NCBI GenBank assembly: GCA_027036135.1
Contig: JALVSY010000007.1
Coordinates: 260,880-324,879 of the forward strand
Source: Pyrodictiaceae archaeon
Lineage (GTDB): Archaea; Thermoproteota; Thermoprotei_A; Sulfolobales; Pyrodictiaceae
Direction: 5' to 3'
Length of the DNA stretch: 64,000 bases
Below the pieces are notes generated by a model, which was given only the letters and a program-made list of their open reading frames with translations, made no database searches and was not told where the DNA came from. How positions within the stretch are numbered: position 1 is the stretch's first letter; each line of letters starts with the position of its first letter. Position numbers and translations under genes: made by a program. This document shows, in pieces, positions 26,920-37,604 of the stretch.

Positions 26920-28224
26920 ATGCCTTCTAGTATTCTTAGTGGCCCCTTTAGCTCTGTTGCTATAGTGGGTGCTTCCCCAAAGACGTGGAAGATAGGGGGC
27001 CTTGTACTAAGGAACCTTATTAGCCGTAGATTCCGTGGACGTATTTACCCTGTTAATCCACGCTACGAGGAGATCATGGGGTATAAGTGCTATCCCAGCC
27101 TAGAGAGCCTGCCCGAGGTTCCAGATATTGTCGCTATAGCTGTGCCGGAAAAGGCTGCGCTCCAGGTTTCACGCGAGGCTGCGAGACTGGGTGTTAAGTT
27201 AGCCGTCGTATTCACGAGCGGTGGGCAAGGATTCACCACGAGTCTTAGAAAGCTTGCTAATGAGGCGGGTACACGGATTATAGGGCCTAATTCAGCCGGA
27301 TTAGTCATTGCCAGAGCTGGGCTTTACTTGACTATAGAGTATAGTGCGCCGCCTGGCTCCGTAGCTGTCGTGTCACAGAGCGGTGCTCTTGGCGGGGTAG
27401 CTATGCATTGGCTTAGTCTCTTGTCCTCGGGGGTCTCGTTCTTCACGAGCATTGGTAATATGAGCGATATTAGTGTCTGTGATACCTTTGAGTACGCGGC
27501 CAAGGATGAGGATACCGAGGCTCTTGTGGCCTATATTGAGTGGATACGTGATGGCCAACGCTATATGAGTGCTCTTCGCACACTAGCTAGCCGTGGGAAG
27601 CCAGTATGTATTGTGAAGGGAGGACGAGGCCCTAGGAGTAGTGAGGCTGTGAGAACGCATACCGGTGGCATAGCTACTAGCTACGAGGTGTTTTCTGCTG
27701 CAACGAGGCAGGCTGGAGGCGTTGTAGTGGATGATATCGCTGCAGCTGTGCTCCTATGTGAGGCGAAGAGGAGGCTGAAGCGTCTTGGGAGAAGAGTTGT
27801 CGTGGTTACTAACTCGGGCGGTCTTGGCGTGCTCGCGGCATCCCAGCTGGAGAATGCTGGCTATACCCTCCCGAGGCTTAGTAACAAGGTACTTAGCGAG
27901 ATAAAGAGGATTAAGCCGGAAGGTGTAGCAGGCGCTAACCCGATAGACTTGCAAGGTGATGCATCAATCACACAGCTCGTTGACGCCGCGCTACTATTAT
28001 CATCAAGCGCTATAGCTGATTTAGTCCTGCTCGGCTATGTGCCTACTAGTGCTGAGACCCCGGAGAAAGTATGCAAGGAGCTCACTAGGCTGGCTAGTGC
28101 GGAGAAGCCAGTCATCGTTCTGGCGGAGGGCTATGGCTCGCTTGAAATAACACGATGCGGCTCTAAGGCTGTGCTAGTTGTCCCAGGCACGGGATTGTTC
28201 TCAGCTATTCTCGGCAAGCTATAG
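26920..28224 (+). CDS. acetate--CoA ligase (ADP-forming) alpha-type subunit / CoA-binding protein
   Basis: AIVGAS, YPVNP, IIGPNS, SQSGALG, HTG (phospho-His), VTNSGG, NPIDL. Confidence 0.85.
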   Translation: MPSSILSGPFSSVAIVGASPKTWKIGGLVLRNLISRRFRGRIYPVNPRYEEIMGYKCYPSLESLPEVPDIVAIAVPEKAALQVSREAARLGVKLAVVFTSGGQGFTTSLRKLANEAGTRIIGPNSAGLVIARAGLYLTIEYSAPPGSVAVVSQSGALGGVAMHWLSLLSSGVSFFTSIGNMSDISVCDTFEYAAKDEDTEALVAYIEWIRDGQRYMSALRTLASRGKPVCIVKGGRGPRSSEAVRTHTGGIATSYEVFSAATRQAGGVVVDDIAAAVLLCEAKRRLKRLGRRVVVVTNSGGLGVLAASQLENAGYTLPRLSNKVLSEIKRIKPEGVAGANPIDLQGDASITQLVDAALLLSSSAIADLVLLGYVPTSAETPEKVCKELTRLASAEKPVIVLAEGYGSLEITRCGSKAVLVVPGTGLFSAILGKL

Positions 28225-29730
28225 TTCTTGGGGACCGAGAGCGCTATGTAGAAGTGCTTTACGCATCTTTTCCAAGATATTAGGCGGAATAGTTGTCATG
28301 AACGGTGCCATGTACTTGTACTTTGCTGCCTCAATTACCGCGTCTCTGTCCCCACCAGCATCCATGTATCCTTTTACGAGGCTTTCTGCGCGCTCTGCTG
28401 GGTTCTTGGTGTTATAGAGTAACGAATAGTATAGTGCGACTGCTATATCGAATGCTTTCTCGGATACCGTTCTTGCCTCCCTGGCTTGCTCGAGGTCAAC
28501 GAGGTATAGGTTCTTCCCGTCGTAGATAAAGTTGCTCGGATTAGTATCCCATAGACTTACTCCGTCGCGGTGTAATGATGCAAGTATTTCCCCAAGAGAA
28601 TAGAATAGGGACTCGGTATCACTCCCTTCCTGCAATATGATAGATAAGTCTTCCCCATCGATATAAGTATAGGCAGCTATTCGGCGCCGCGGATCCACAA
28701 GAATAGGTTTGGGAACATTGTACCCCAGCTCGCTTAGTAGCCTATTGTAATAGTACTCGTTGTTGAGCCTTGCACGAGTGCCGAGAATCGGCTTAGGAAG
28801 CGGGAGTGAGAGTATTACAGCCACTATCCACTTAAATGCAGTTATGTCGCGATACCTCTTCACAACTGCTGGCCGAATACCGTTTACCTCTAGTGTAACA
28901 GCACTACGCACTAGACCAGCTCTCTTTGTCATAGGCTTGTTCTTCTTTATTAACTTGCTCAGCCCGGTTAACGCGTATAACTGCTCATAGAAATCAAGTA
29001 GCTTCGTCGCAACATGGGCAGCGTCGAGCCGGGTAAGTAGCAGGGGGTCCCTTAGCAACGGATGCGGCTTATACGATATACTTTCTATTAGTAGTGACCC
29101 CGGTATAGCTTGTATAATCGAGGGGGAAGCTAGCTCTGTGGCAATACGCGTCATCGTTGCTATTCTTGTTGATATTTTCTTCTCGGCGCTCTTCCTGTCC
29201 TGCAACAAGTGCAATAACGATCCCAGCAGAATAAGCCTAGGAAACTGCTCGAAGCCCTCTTCCCTAAGACAATTATATACCATTCCGTGAAGCCAAGAAT
29301 AGTATTCATTATCTCTAAGATACTCGCTGAACACTATTTTAAACCATGTATAAATTGTTTGGAGCCTCGAGATCCTCGCCACTATGGGATAAATTGCCGA
29401 GACCAATAATCTCTCTGCGTTTCTTTGAAATATTTTCTTCAGACCACTATATTCCTCAACTAGTATTCGTAAATAGTACTCACAAAATAATTTCTCAGCA
29501 AGACTCTTGTCTCCTACTACGTCTAGTGGCTTAAGGAGAACGAATGGTGCTATAGTCTCGCCTAAAGCTGATTCATGTATGTCGCGGTTAAGGGTCTCAG
29601 CGCTTGTACCGAAGACTATTTCCTCGCCTTGCCTCGCTAGGCAATAACGTTCACTTTCTAGAAGCATAATCTCGAATGCATAGCTTCCCACACGGTACCG
29701 TAGACTTAGCAGCGGCTTTGGGCATTCCAC
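28219..29730 (-). CDS. protein kinase-like (RIO/Bud32/Kdo-type) domain fused to a large uncharacterised N-terminal region
   Basis: VVKRY lysine, RLNNEY alpha-C Glu, LHRDGVSLWDTNPSNF catalytic loop, LVDLEQA. Confidence 0.75.
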   Translation of the reverse strand: MECPKPLLSLRYRVGSYAFEIMLLESERYCLARQGEEIVFGTSAETLNRDIHESALGETIAPFVLLKPLDVVGDKSLAEKLFCEYYLRILVEEYSGLKKIFQRNAERLLVSAIYPIVARISRLQTIYTWFKIVFSEYLRDNEYYSWLHGMVYNCLREEGFEQFPRLILLGSLLHLLQDRKSAEKKISTRIATMTRIATELASPSIIQAIPGSLLIESISYKPHPLLRDPLLLTRLDAAHVATKLLDFYEQLYALTGLSKLIKKNKPMTKRAGLVRSAVTLEVNGIRPAVVKRYRDITAFKWIVAVILSLPLPKPILGTRARLNNEYYYNRLLSELGYNVPKPILVDPRRRIAAYTYIDGEDLSIILQEGSDTESLFYSLGEILASLHRDGVSLWDTNPSNFIYDGKNLYLVDLEQAREARTVSEKAFDIAVALYYSLLYNTKNPAERAESLVKGYMDAGGDRDAVIEAAKYKYMAPFMTTIPPNILEKMRKALLHSALGPQEL

Positions 29731-29902
29731 ACTTATTTCCCCTTCTCTATATTGGAGCTACTGGCTTAATTCTGGAGACCCGCTTGTAGAAAATATACTA
29801 GCATCATGTTCGTTATTTTTCCAGTTAAACGAAGTGGTCTAGAGAGGGCTAAATTACTAAAACTTTTACTGAACAGCAACTATAATTGGAGGTAAACAAG
29901 AC

Positions 29903-30352
29903 ATGATACTCCTTAGAAAAAGGAGGGCTATTCCACTCCGAGCTGAGGATGTAATGACCCAACCTCCTGTTACCGTAACGATGGATACTTCTTTGCGCAA
30001 AATATCCGAGATTATGATAGATAAACGAATAGGCAGCGTACTCGTAGTAGATGAGGAGGGAAAGCTTAGAGGTATAGTAACGGAGAGAGATATAGTATTT
30101 GCCTGCTCACAGGGATGGAATGCAGATGAGAGAAAAGCCTGGGAGGTAATGACGGAGAACCCTATTATCGTGAAGAGAGACGAGAATATACTTGAGGTAA
30201 TTAGGAAGATGAGAGACGTTAACGTGAGACACATACCCGTAGTAGATGAGGAAGGCAAACCTGTCGGTGTTATATCGTCGCGTGACGTACTAGACATAAT
30301 ATTGACTATCATGGGGCTTGCATCAGCTATTAAGGAGGCAGCTGGTCTCTGA
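29903..30352 (+). CDS. CBS-domain pair protein
   Basis: DVMT..PVTV, IGSVLVVD..GIVTERD, HIPVVD..GVISSRD. Confidence 0.92.
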   Translation: MILLRKRRAIPLRAEDVMTQPPVTVTMDTSLRKISEIMIDKRIGSVLVVDEEGKLRGIVTERDIVFACSQGWNADERKAWEVMTENPIIVKRDENILEVIRKMRDVNVRHIPVVDEEGKPVGVISSRDVLDIILTIMGLASAIKEAAGL

Positions 30353-31409
30353 GAGCCTTTTCCACATTTTTCCTTGTTTCCTCAAAGTTTTCGAGAGCTT
30401 GGCTCCATATACTGTTGCTGCTCTTAGTGCTATCCTCGCTGTAAGGGTTTTGGAGCCCCAGTAACCCTGCTAGGAAGGCTGGAAGGGCCCTTTCTAACCC
30501 CTCTAGGTACCCGCCCTCAAATACTACGAGGTACTTGGCTCCCAGCTGTCTCAGCTTCATACCTATATGATAATAAGTAGTTGTTGATAAGTTAAGCAAG
30601 CCTAAACCATCATCTCGATATGCGTCAAAACCAGCGTCAATAACGACGTACTCTGGATACCCATAGATGTCTAGTACTAGGTCTAGCGCTTTATCGAAGA
30701 GGGCTATGTATGCATCATCGCCTGCACCTGGCGGAACTAGGATGTTTATTTTCGTGCCCTTAGCCTCTCCCTCGCCTATCTGCCAAGGCCACCCTGTACC
30801 AGGGTATATTGTTGAGGGATCCTGGTGTAGATCAAGGTGTATTATATCAGGGTTATCATACAATATTTCCTGAGTACCATTGCCGTGATGCAGGTCGAAG
30901 TCGATTACAAGGACCTTGCGGGGCCTCGATAGCCTTGCTAAGTGTACCGCTGTCAATGCTGATACATTGAATATGCAGAAGCCGAGTGTCGGTGCACCCA
31001 TTGCGACACCGTATCTACCTGCATGATGACCAGGCGGCCTACCTGGGACAAATACTACGCGGTATTTATTCTCGGCTAGCTCATTTGCACCGTCTAATAC
31101 CGCTTCCGCATAGCGGATGGCTGCCTGGAATGTATACTCGTTCGCATACGTGTCGGGATCGACGAGCCCGCCGCCTTTTTCTGATAGCTCACGTATTCTT
31201 GCCACGTATTCGCAGCTATGTATTTCACATAATCTCTCCTCGGTCCAGGGACTCAGCCTTGGAGAGCAATGGTCGGCTAATGTGTAAAGCCTAGTAGCTT
31301 TCAGTGCGCTTATTACCCTTGTGAGGCGCTGCGGGGACTCCATGTGCGCTCCAGTAGGGTCATCGTGGAGTTTGAAAACATCGTCGTATAGGATGAGCAT
31401 TTCGTGCAT
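30330..31409 (-). CDS. histone deacetylase / acetoin-utilisation (AcuC-like) family deacetylase
   Basis: RPPGHHA, GFCIFN, DFDLHHGNGTQ, DAGFD, EGGY. Confidence 0.93.
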   Translation of the reverse strand: MHEMLILYDDVFKLHDDPTGAHMESPQRLTRVISALKATRLYTLADHCSPRLSPWTEERLCEIHSCEYVARIRELSEKGGGLVDPDTYANEYTFQAAIRYAEAVLDGANELAENKYRVVFVPGRPPGHHAGRYGVAMGAPTLGFCIFNVSALTAVHLARLSRPRKVLVIDFDLHHGNGTQEILYDNPDIIHLDLHQDPSTIYPGTGWPWQIGEGEAKGTKINILVPPGAGDDAYIALFDKALDLVLDIYGYPEYVVIDAGFDAYRDDGLGLLNLSTTTYYHIGMKLRQLGAKYLVVFEGGYLEGLERALPAFLAGLLGLQNPYSEDSTKSSNSIWSQALENFEETRKNVEKALRDQLPP

Positions 31410-31550
31410 CGCGTCTAGCCCCGTATAAAACGGTAGAGCTTCAATGGGTAGAAAAGTGCTTACTATGGGGTTGTGATGAAAATAATTGTGGAAAAGCGTA
31501 GAGTAAATGTTCTTGGCCGACGTTGAGGTAAAAATATTCCGTGCCGAGCG

Positions 31551-33767
31551 CTAGTAGGGTGTTATAAAGTCCTCGGGCTTTGGCGGCTCTGGTGGTAGTC
31601 CTTTCCTCTCCCTGATCTTCCTTATTAAGTCCATCAGCATGTTGTCTGGTACTGGTGCCCATCTGCTGAACTCTGTGCCCCAGAAGGCTCTGCCCTGGGT
31701 AGCGCTTCTTAGCTCAGCTGCTAAGTCGAAGCTCTCCGCCACTGGTATCTCCGCGATAACTCTCATTACCACACCGTGCTCTTTCATGTCTATTATCTTT
31801 CCACGCTTCCTGGATATTACCGCTATTACGTTGCTTAGGTACTCTTGCGGCACGCGTATATCTAGCTTCTGTATCGGCTCTAGAAGCGTTGGCTTCGAGG
31901 TTAGTATGCCAGCGTAGATAGCGTTTCTCACTGCTGGGTAGATCTGGGCTGGTCCTCTGTGCGCTGGGTCCTCATGTATAACTGCATCGTGGAGAATTAC
32001 CTTGATTCCTCTTACTGGCTCCTTTGCTAGTGGGCCCTCCTTCATGGCTAGGCGGAAGCCTTGTATAATTGTGTCCTTGACTTCTCTTAGGTGCTGCACA
32101 CCTGTGGTCTTGTCTATGAATATGTTGAAGTTTTCGTCTATTGCCCATATTCTTTTTGCTTCGTCGTAGTCCCATCCGGCCTTGTCTCTTAGTATCCTGG
32201 CTCTCTCCTGCGGCTCTTGGTCTTCGCTTATTTCGCCGCTTTGTATGAGCTTTATTGTCTCCTCGTTGAGCGGCTCTACGCTTATGTATAGCTTGTTGTG
32301 CTTATTGGGGCTCTTGCCCTCGAATACCTGGCTCTTAGTTCTGATTGTCTCACGGTACACTACTATTGGCGGGCTAGTCTTTACCTCAAGGCCGTAGGTC
32401 TCTTTGAGCCACCACAGCGCTATCTCTATGTGCAGCGGGCCCATACCGCTGAGCAGGTACTCTCCGGTCTCCTGGTTTATCTTGACCTGGAGGCTTGGGT
32501 CCTCTATTGTCAGCTTGTAGAGGGCATCGATTAGCTTCGGTAGATCCTTGGGGTTCTTAGGCTCTATTGCGACTGTTACTACTGGCTCTGATACGAACTG
32601 GAGCCGCTCGAATGGTGGAACTTTGTCCTTGAGGTCAACTGATACTACTGTTTCACCCGTCCTAGCATCCTCAAGGCCTAGTGTTGCCGCTATGTTTCCG
32701 GCAGGGATCTCGTCAACGACCTCGCGGTCAGGGCCCATATAGATGCTTACCTGTAGCACTTTTGCTGTCTTGCGCGCGTTTATTAGCCAGACCTCGTCGC
32801 CCTGCCTAAGTGTTCCGCTGAATATACGCCCAGTTGCTACTAGTCTTCTTATCCTTGGGTCAACCCTCATAAATGACACAGCGTATACGAGTGGGCCGTT
32901 CGGGTCCGCCTCCATCATTGCCTTGCCGACATCGCTGTTGATGTCTCCCTTCCATATCTTCGGTATACGATACCTCTGTGCCTCTCTCGGGTTCGGTATG
33001 AACTTTACTACTGCGTCTAGGAGTACCTCGTGTAGTGGCGCGACCTTTGTTGCGAACTCTTCTACTGCTTCCTTGCCACGGTTATAGGTTTCGATTATGT
33101 CGCTGAACTTCACGCCTTTCTTCTGGGCAGCTGGTATGCTTATGCCCCACTTGTCACGAGCACTACCGAATATCACCATACCACTCGTCGGGTCGAGTTG
33201 CCACTTCTTCTTGAACTCGCCATCAGCATAGATGCTTATAAGATAGTTTATCTCCTTGATTATCTCAACGAACCGCTGCTGTATCTGCTGAGGAGTATAC
33301 TTCAGCTCCTTGATGAGCCTATCAACCTTGTTAATGAAGAGTATCGGCCTTACTCTTTCCTCGAGGCTCTGGCGGAGCACTGTCTCGGTCTGAGGCATAA
33401 CACCTTCAACAGCATCAACTACTAGTATCGCACCATCCATGAGCCTAAGGCTTCTCGTAACATGGCTCGAGAAGTCTACGTGGCCAGGCGTGTCTACGAG
33501 GTTAATCACATAGGGTCTGCCCTGGTACTCGTGATAGAGGCTAATATTAGCAGCCTTTACTGTTATACCACGCTGCTGCTCAACTTTTAGATAGTCTAGG
33601 GCAAGCGCTTCTCCAGCAATACGCTGCGAGATTATACCAGCCGCTGCTAGTAGGCTATCACTAGTAGTTGTCTTACCGTGATCAACGTGTGCAACGATAC
33701 CAATGTTTCTTACCTGTTCTATGTTTCTCATTATCTTTAGGATTTCCTCAACATGCTTGACTCGCAT
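31551..33767 (-). CDS. fusA: translation elongation factor 2
   Basis: [21 protein letters not shown], and diphthamide loop [11 protein letters not shown]. Confidence 0.98.
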   Translation of the reverse strand: MRVKHVEEILKIMRNIEQVRNIGIVAHVDHGKTTTSDSLLAAAGIISQRIAGEALALDYLKVEQQRGITVKAANISLYHEYQGRPYVINLVDTPGHVDFSSHVTRSLRLMDGAILVVDAVEGVMPQTETVLRQSLEERVRPILFINKVDRLIKELKYTPQQIQQRFVEIIKEINYLISIYADGEFKKKWQLDPTSGMVIFGSARDKWGISIPAAQKKGVKFSDIIETYNRGKEAVEEFATKVAPLHEVLLDAVVKFIPNPREAQRYRIPKIWKGDINSDVGKAMMEADPNGPLVYAVSFMRVDPRIRRLVATGRIFSGTLRQGDEVWLINARKTAKVLQVSIYMGPDREVVDEIPAGNIAATLGLEDARTGETVVSVDLKDKVPPFERLQFVSEPVVTVAIEPKNPKDLPKLIDALYKLTIEDPSLQVKINQETGEYLLSGMGPLHIEIALWWLKETYGLEVKTSPPIVVYRETIRTKSQVFEGKSPNKHNKLYISVEPLNEETIKLIQSGEISEDQEPQERARILRDKAGWDYDEAKRIWAIDENFNIFIDKTTGVQHLREVKDTIIQGFRLAMKEGPLAKEPVRGIKVILHDAVIHEDPAHRGPAQIYPAVRNAIYAGILTSKPTLLEPIQKLDIRVPQEYLSNVIAVISRKRGKIIDMKEHGVVMRVIAEIPVAESFDLAAELRSATQGRAFWGTEFSRWAPVPDNMLMDLIRKIRERKGLPPEPPKPEDFITPY

Positions 33768-33965
33768 AGCTTAACCCCTACACCCAGTGTGGGCAAAACC
33801 GAGTCCGGGTTATAAGCACTGGTATTACATGGTGTTCCAATTGAGGGAATAAGAGCCTAGCTGCGATGAATACACGATATCGCTTAATACTATTAAACAC
33901 CTAAACAAATCTAGTGGAGCTAAACATCCTTCTCCGAAACCTTTTACAAGAGAGGTGACGCATCT

Positions 33966-34451
33966 GTGGCGGATATAAAAGAACTCATAACCTATTTCCG
34001 CGAAGAAGCAAAGAGAGAAAGAGAATACTCCAAGCGACTCGAGGAAACAGCTTCAAAATCCCACAATATAATGCTGAAGACCCTAATGAAAGCAGTGTCT
34101 CTCGATTCGCTCAAACATGCGCTAATATATGAAGCCCTTGCTGATCTACTGGAAAATCCGCGGCTTGTCACGGAGCAAGAATCCGAGGAAATAATTAAGG
34201 AAATAGAAAGACACATAGAGGAAGAGAGGGAAGCCATAGAGGAGCTAAACAAGCTGCTTAAGGATGAACGGATAAAGGGCAATTCTGCTGCAGTCTTCCT
34301 AATAGAGCTAATGCTAAGAGACGAGAACTTCCACCACGCGCTACTTAGGAAACTGCACGATGCCGTGGTAAAGCCTCTCGTGTTTAGTGAGTCTGATTAC
34401 TGGGAAGCTGTATGGAGGGATGCTATCTGGCATGGGGCTCCAGGAGGCTAA
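33966..34451 (+). CDS. ferritin-like (rubrerythrin-type) di-iron protein
   Basis: Four-helix pattern with E..., DSLKH, E..., DENFH and C-terminal WHGAPGG. Confidence 0.8.
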   Translation: MADIKELITYFREEAKREREYSKRLEETASKSHNIMLKTLMKAVSLDSLKHALIYEALADLLENPRLVTEQESEEIIKEIERHIEEEREAIEELNKLLKDERIKGNSAAVFLIELMLRDENFHHALLRKLHDAVVKPLVFSESDYWEAVWRDAIWHGAPGG

Positions 34452-34585
34452 ACGTGTAACTCCTTTCTTTTTACCATAGTTCTCCGGCATCGATTAACAC
34501 TAACTAGATAAGAACCAGTTCTTAGTTCACACACGTTTTCTTATCACTATAAGGGGAGTATTAGCAAAAACGTATTAGTCCGGAT

Positions 34586-35095
34586 TTAGAAGAATCTTCG
34601 TCTCCTACCGCGTGGTCTCTGGAGCATTGTTGTTAGCTCTATCTGTGCATCAAGAGCCGCTACCTTTGGCTTGTACTCCTCTATGGCTGCTGCCAATTTC
34701 TCGTAGTATTCTTTATCAAGGATTTTTTCTAGAAACTCCTTACCATCATTAGTTAGGCGTAGTTTCTTGGTCCGAGGATCGGTTTCCGCTAACCCCACAT
34801 ATAATAGAGCGACAACATCCTCGTGTAATTCCTTAGATGTTGGTACATCTCCTATAACATAGAAGTTATAGCCAAGATCTAGGCCTTTCTCTGTCTGGAG
34901 CCAGTATATCAAGTGCGCTAAGCTTCTCTCGTATATACCGCCTTGGTCTTCCATAGCCTTGAGCACCATGAGTAGTTTCCTCTTTCTTTCATCTTTCTCA
35001 ACCTTATCCCTTGTAACTACTGGTCGTGTTACTATGACGAGTTCCTTCTTGGTCCCACTGACTGGTTCTTTTTTCTTTTTATCAGACTTAGCCAT
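34586..35095 (-). CDS. conserved hypothetical winged-helix-like protein with basic termini
   Basis: LGYNF...GDVPTSKELHEDV...LRLTNDGKEFL wing pattern; Lys-rich N-terminus and Arg-rich C-terminus. Confidence 0.7.
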   Translation of the reverse strand: MAKSDKKKKEPVSGTKKELVIVTRPVVTRDKVEKDERKRKLLMVLKAMEDQGGIYERSLAHLIYWLQTEKGLDLGYNFYVIGDVPTSKELHEDVVALLYVGLAETDPRTKKLRLTNDGKEFLEKILDKEYYEKLAAAIEEYKPKVAALDAQIELTTMLQRPRGRRRRFF

Positions 35096-35179
35096 AACGA
35101 GCCCCTCGTTCGCCCGATGATTAGAGAGAGCCCCAGGTAGGGTCTTAGCAATGCCCTTCTATCAAAAAGCTAACGTTAC

Positions 35180-35252
35180 TATCGGGGCGCCAGGCTGTCA
35201 TCATAGTCCCTTTAATCTTGCGCTGTTCAGCCTCTAGTGCAATCCTCATTTC
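35180..35252 (-). ncRNA. C/D box guide sRNA candidate
   Basis: C ATGAGGA (35249-43), 12-nt guide, D' CTGA (35230-27), C' ATGATGA (35204-198), 12-nt guide, D CCGA (35185-82). Confidence 0.65.
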
Positions 35253-35379
35253 GCTGCATTAGATAGAGTAAAGGATTGTGGATGACGACAATTCGTCTCC
35301 CTGCTCATTCGTCGCCGAGGCGGCGGTGTTGCAGGGGCCCTGACCCCCAGTAAATATTATGATACCTTTAATGGCGGGA

Positions 35380-36672
35380 TTATTGCCTAGGTATAAGCTT
35401 TGCTATAAAGAATCCCTGAGTATCGTGGAGATGAGGGAAGAGTCTCTTGACGCGGTTTGAGACGGGGTAGAGAGTATAGCCAGGCGAGCCCGGGATTCCA
35501 GGAGTTTCTAGTGTATCGGAATGCTCCTCAACTATTTCTTCGCCTTCAAAGGGGAGTATACTACATGTTGCATAGACGATTTCCACACCATACCGTATAG
35601 CTAACTGTAGCATTCTTGTCTGTATTTGAGGAAATCGTGCTACCCAATTAATATTCTCTAAGTGAACCTTTATGGCAGGATCCTTTCCCATAGCACCGCT
35701 GCTTGTGCACGGAGCGTCTAGTATTATCTTGTTAGGTTTCCTTGACAGATGGAAGTATATAGAATCGGCGTTTACTAGCTGAATTCTCGAAAGGTCTACT
35801 CCTAGGAGTTTTAGGACTCTCCGCGTTCTCTTTATTCGCTCTCTTGATACATCAATAGCGATTATTGAGGCCTTATTATTCGTTAGTTGCATTATGAGGC
35901 TATCCTTTATGCCGGGTGCCGCAGCCATGTCTAGTACCAGGTCGCCCTCGGAAGGCTCAAGTGCTTCTACCACTAGCGCAGAGGCCTTGTCCTGGAAAAC
36001 TATCTCGCCTCGCCACATCTCTTCCAAGTGATGCAATGGCTCGTTGTAGTCAACTACTTTCAGCATATATGGTAGATCAGGGTCTCTTTTAACTACGACG
36101 CCTTTTTCTAGCAGCCTCTCAGCTATGGTATCAACGTCGGTTCTTAGCGTGTTGACACGTATCCACCATTTTTCCTCGTTTAGCTGTGAGAGAAGCCTCT
36201 CAGCCTCCTCGCGGGATAAAAGCTTAAGAAATACATCAACAAACCATTCAGGAAAGGAGTACTTTATTGCTAATAGCTTAGACTCGTTCTCAATACCATC
36301 TAGTAGCTCGTCAACACTCTCGATTCTTCGCGGAAGAGTTCTCAGGAGACGTCTCCTAAGCCTTTCAACGCCATCGGAGTAGCCTGCCAAGTACTCCTTC
36401 TCCGTACCTCTGAGAACTAGCCATAGCCTAACCATTCTCTTGGCGCTACCACGCTTACCATAAACAACGGCTTCGGCATGACGAAGCATATAGTAATCAA
36501 CTATGACATCGTGCGAGACCCTGTATAGGACTTTGAGCGGTACGTGGTTAGCTGCTTTTCGATACTCTCTTAGGACTTGCTGGAAAGCTCTATCATGGCT
36601 TACATTCTTGTTCATGACCACGTGAAGGGTTTTCGCAGCAAAATCCACTATGTATCGTATAGCCTTGTCCAC
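35380..36672 (-). CDS. RsmB/NOP2 (Fmu/Sun) family RNA m5C methyltransferase
   Basis: IRVNTLR, QDKAS, DMAAAPGIK, DAPCTSSG, YATCS, HDTQGFFIA. Confidence 0.92.
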   Translation of the reverse strand: MDKAIRYIVDFAAKTLHVVMNKNVSHDRAFQQVLREYRKAANHVPLKVLYRVSHDVIVDYYMLRHAEAVVYGKRGSAKRMVRLWLVLRGTEKEYLAGYSDGVERLRRRLLRTLPRRIESVDELLDGIENESKLLAIKYSFPEWFVDVFLKLLSREEAERLLSQLNEEKWWIRVNTLRTDVDTIAERLLEKGVVVKRDPDLPYMLKVVDYNEPLHHLEEMWRGEIVFQDKASALVVEALEPSEGDLVLDMAAAPGIKDSLIMQLTNNKASIIAIDVSRERIKRTRRVLKLLGVDLSRIQLVNADSIYFHLSRKPNKIILDAPCTSSGAMGKDPAIKVHLENINWVARFPQIQTRMLQLAIRYGVEIVYATCSILPFEGEEIVEEHSDTLETPGIPGSPGYTLYPVSNRVKRLFPHLHDTQGFFIAKLIPRQ

Positions 36673-36765
36673 GAGGCGCCAGCCCTTCCCGGTCCATACT
36701 TTCTTTCCAGCAAAGCATAAGGAGAAAAATCCCCTCTTATCTACATTATCTATATGATGATACCA

Positions 36766-36840
36766 TTATTAATGATGATAGGTGGGCTTACCAGAGCTCG
36801 CTAGGTGCAGCGATGAAGAATGTGGCCGTATCTGATAATC
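36766..36840 (+). ncRNA. C/D box guide sRNA
   Basis: C ATGATGA (36772), 13-nt guide, D' CAGA (36792), C' GCGATGA (36810), 15-nt guide, D CTGA (36832), terminal ATTA/TAAT. Confidence 0.8.
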
Positions 36841-36884
36841 TTATAATGGAGTAGTTTATAGCAGAGAGAAACACGAATAATTAT

Positions 36885-37604
36885 TTACTTCTTGAAATAG
36901 TCCAGCAGTGTCCTTTGTCCCTTGTTGCCCGTTATGGGTTTCTTCTCCATGTACCAGAGTGGGGCTATTTGCTTTAGTGTCGACCATGTTCTCCTAATAA
37001 ACCAGGGCGGGTTCGTGGGATTTCTCTTATACAATTGAATTATCCATTCACGGGTAGCGGGGTCGGTTGGATATCCCGAGCCCTTTACCCCGTATAATTT
37101 ACGCAGCCTCTCTATCTCTGTATCACGGATTACTTTTGCAACAATACTTGCTGCACTTACCACCGTATATTTAGAGTCGGCTTTAGGCTCTATTACTAGC
37201 CTTGTACTTCTTAGCCAGGCTAGTCTCGAGTATAGGTAATTTTTGAGCTTACTAGGGGGACCGATAGCGTCTATAACTACAGCCTCGAGGGCGGCCCCGA
37301 GTAGCTCCTTAGCTCTTGTAAGCATATGTATTATTGTCTCGTATTCTAATGTGTTCAAGTTATATGAGTCGATCATACTTGGTGGAATTATTTCATATAT
37401 GATGAAGTGGCTGAGGCTCTCTATAATGCTTTTTAGCTTGCTTCTTTTTCCTCTATCTAGCTCCTTGCTGTCTCTTACACCAGTAATCCTTAGTTGACCA
37501 AGGTTCTCCGCATCAATTGCAACCAAGGCTAGCACCATGGGCCCTATTACTGGTCCTCTTCCGGCCTCATCTATACCAATGAATAGTTTCTTGGATATCT
37601 TCAC
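36885..37604 (-). CDS. rnhB: ribonuclease HII with C-terminal PIP box
   Basis: GIDEAGRGPVIGP, DSK, SAASIVAKV, GSGYPTD, QRTLLDYF. GTG start at 37604 follows GAGGAG. Confidence 0.95.
   Translation of the reverse strand: MKISKKLFIGIDEAGRGPVIGPMVLALVAIDAENLGQLRITGVRDSKELDRGKRSKLKSIIESLSHFIIYEIIPPSMIDSYNLNTLEYETIIHMLTRAKELLGAALEAVVIDAIGPPSKLKNYLYSRLAWLRSTRLVIEPKADSKYTVVSAASIVAKVIRDTEIERLRKLYGVKGSGYPTDPATREWIIQLYKRNPTNPPWFIRRTWSTLKQIAPLWYMEKKPITGNKGQRTLLDYFKK

Noticed and set aside
31465-31550. GTGATGA C box between the deacetylase gene and EF-2 (also GCGATGA near 33863)
   Set aside because: No suitably spaced D/D' boxes or terminal stem.
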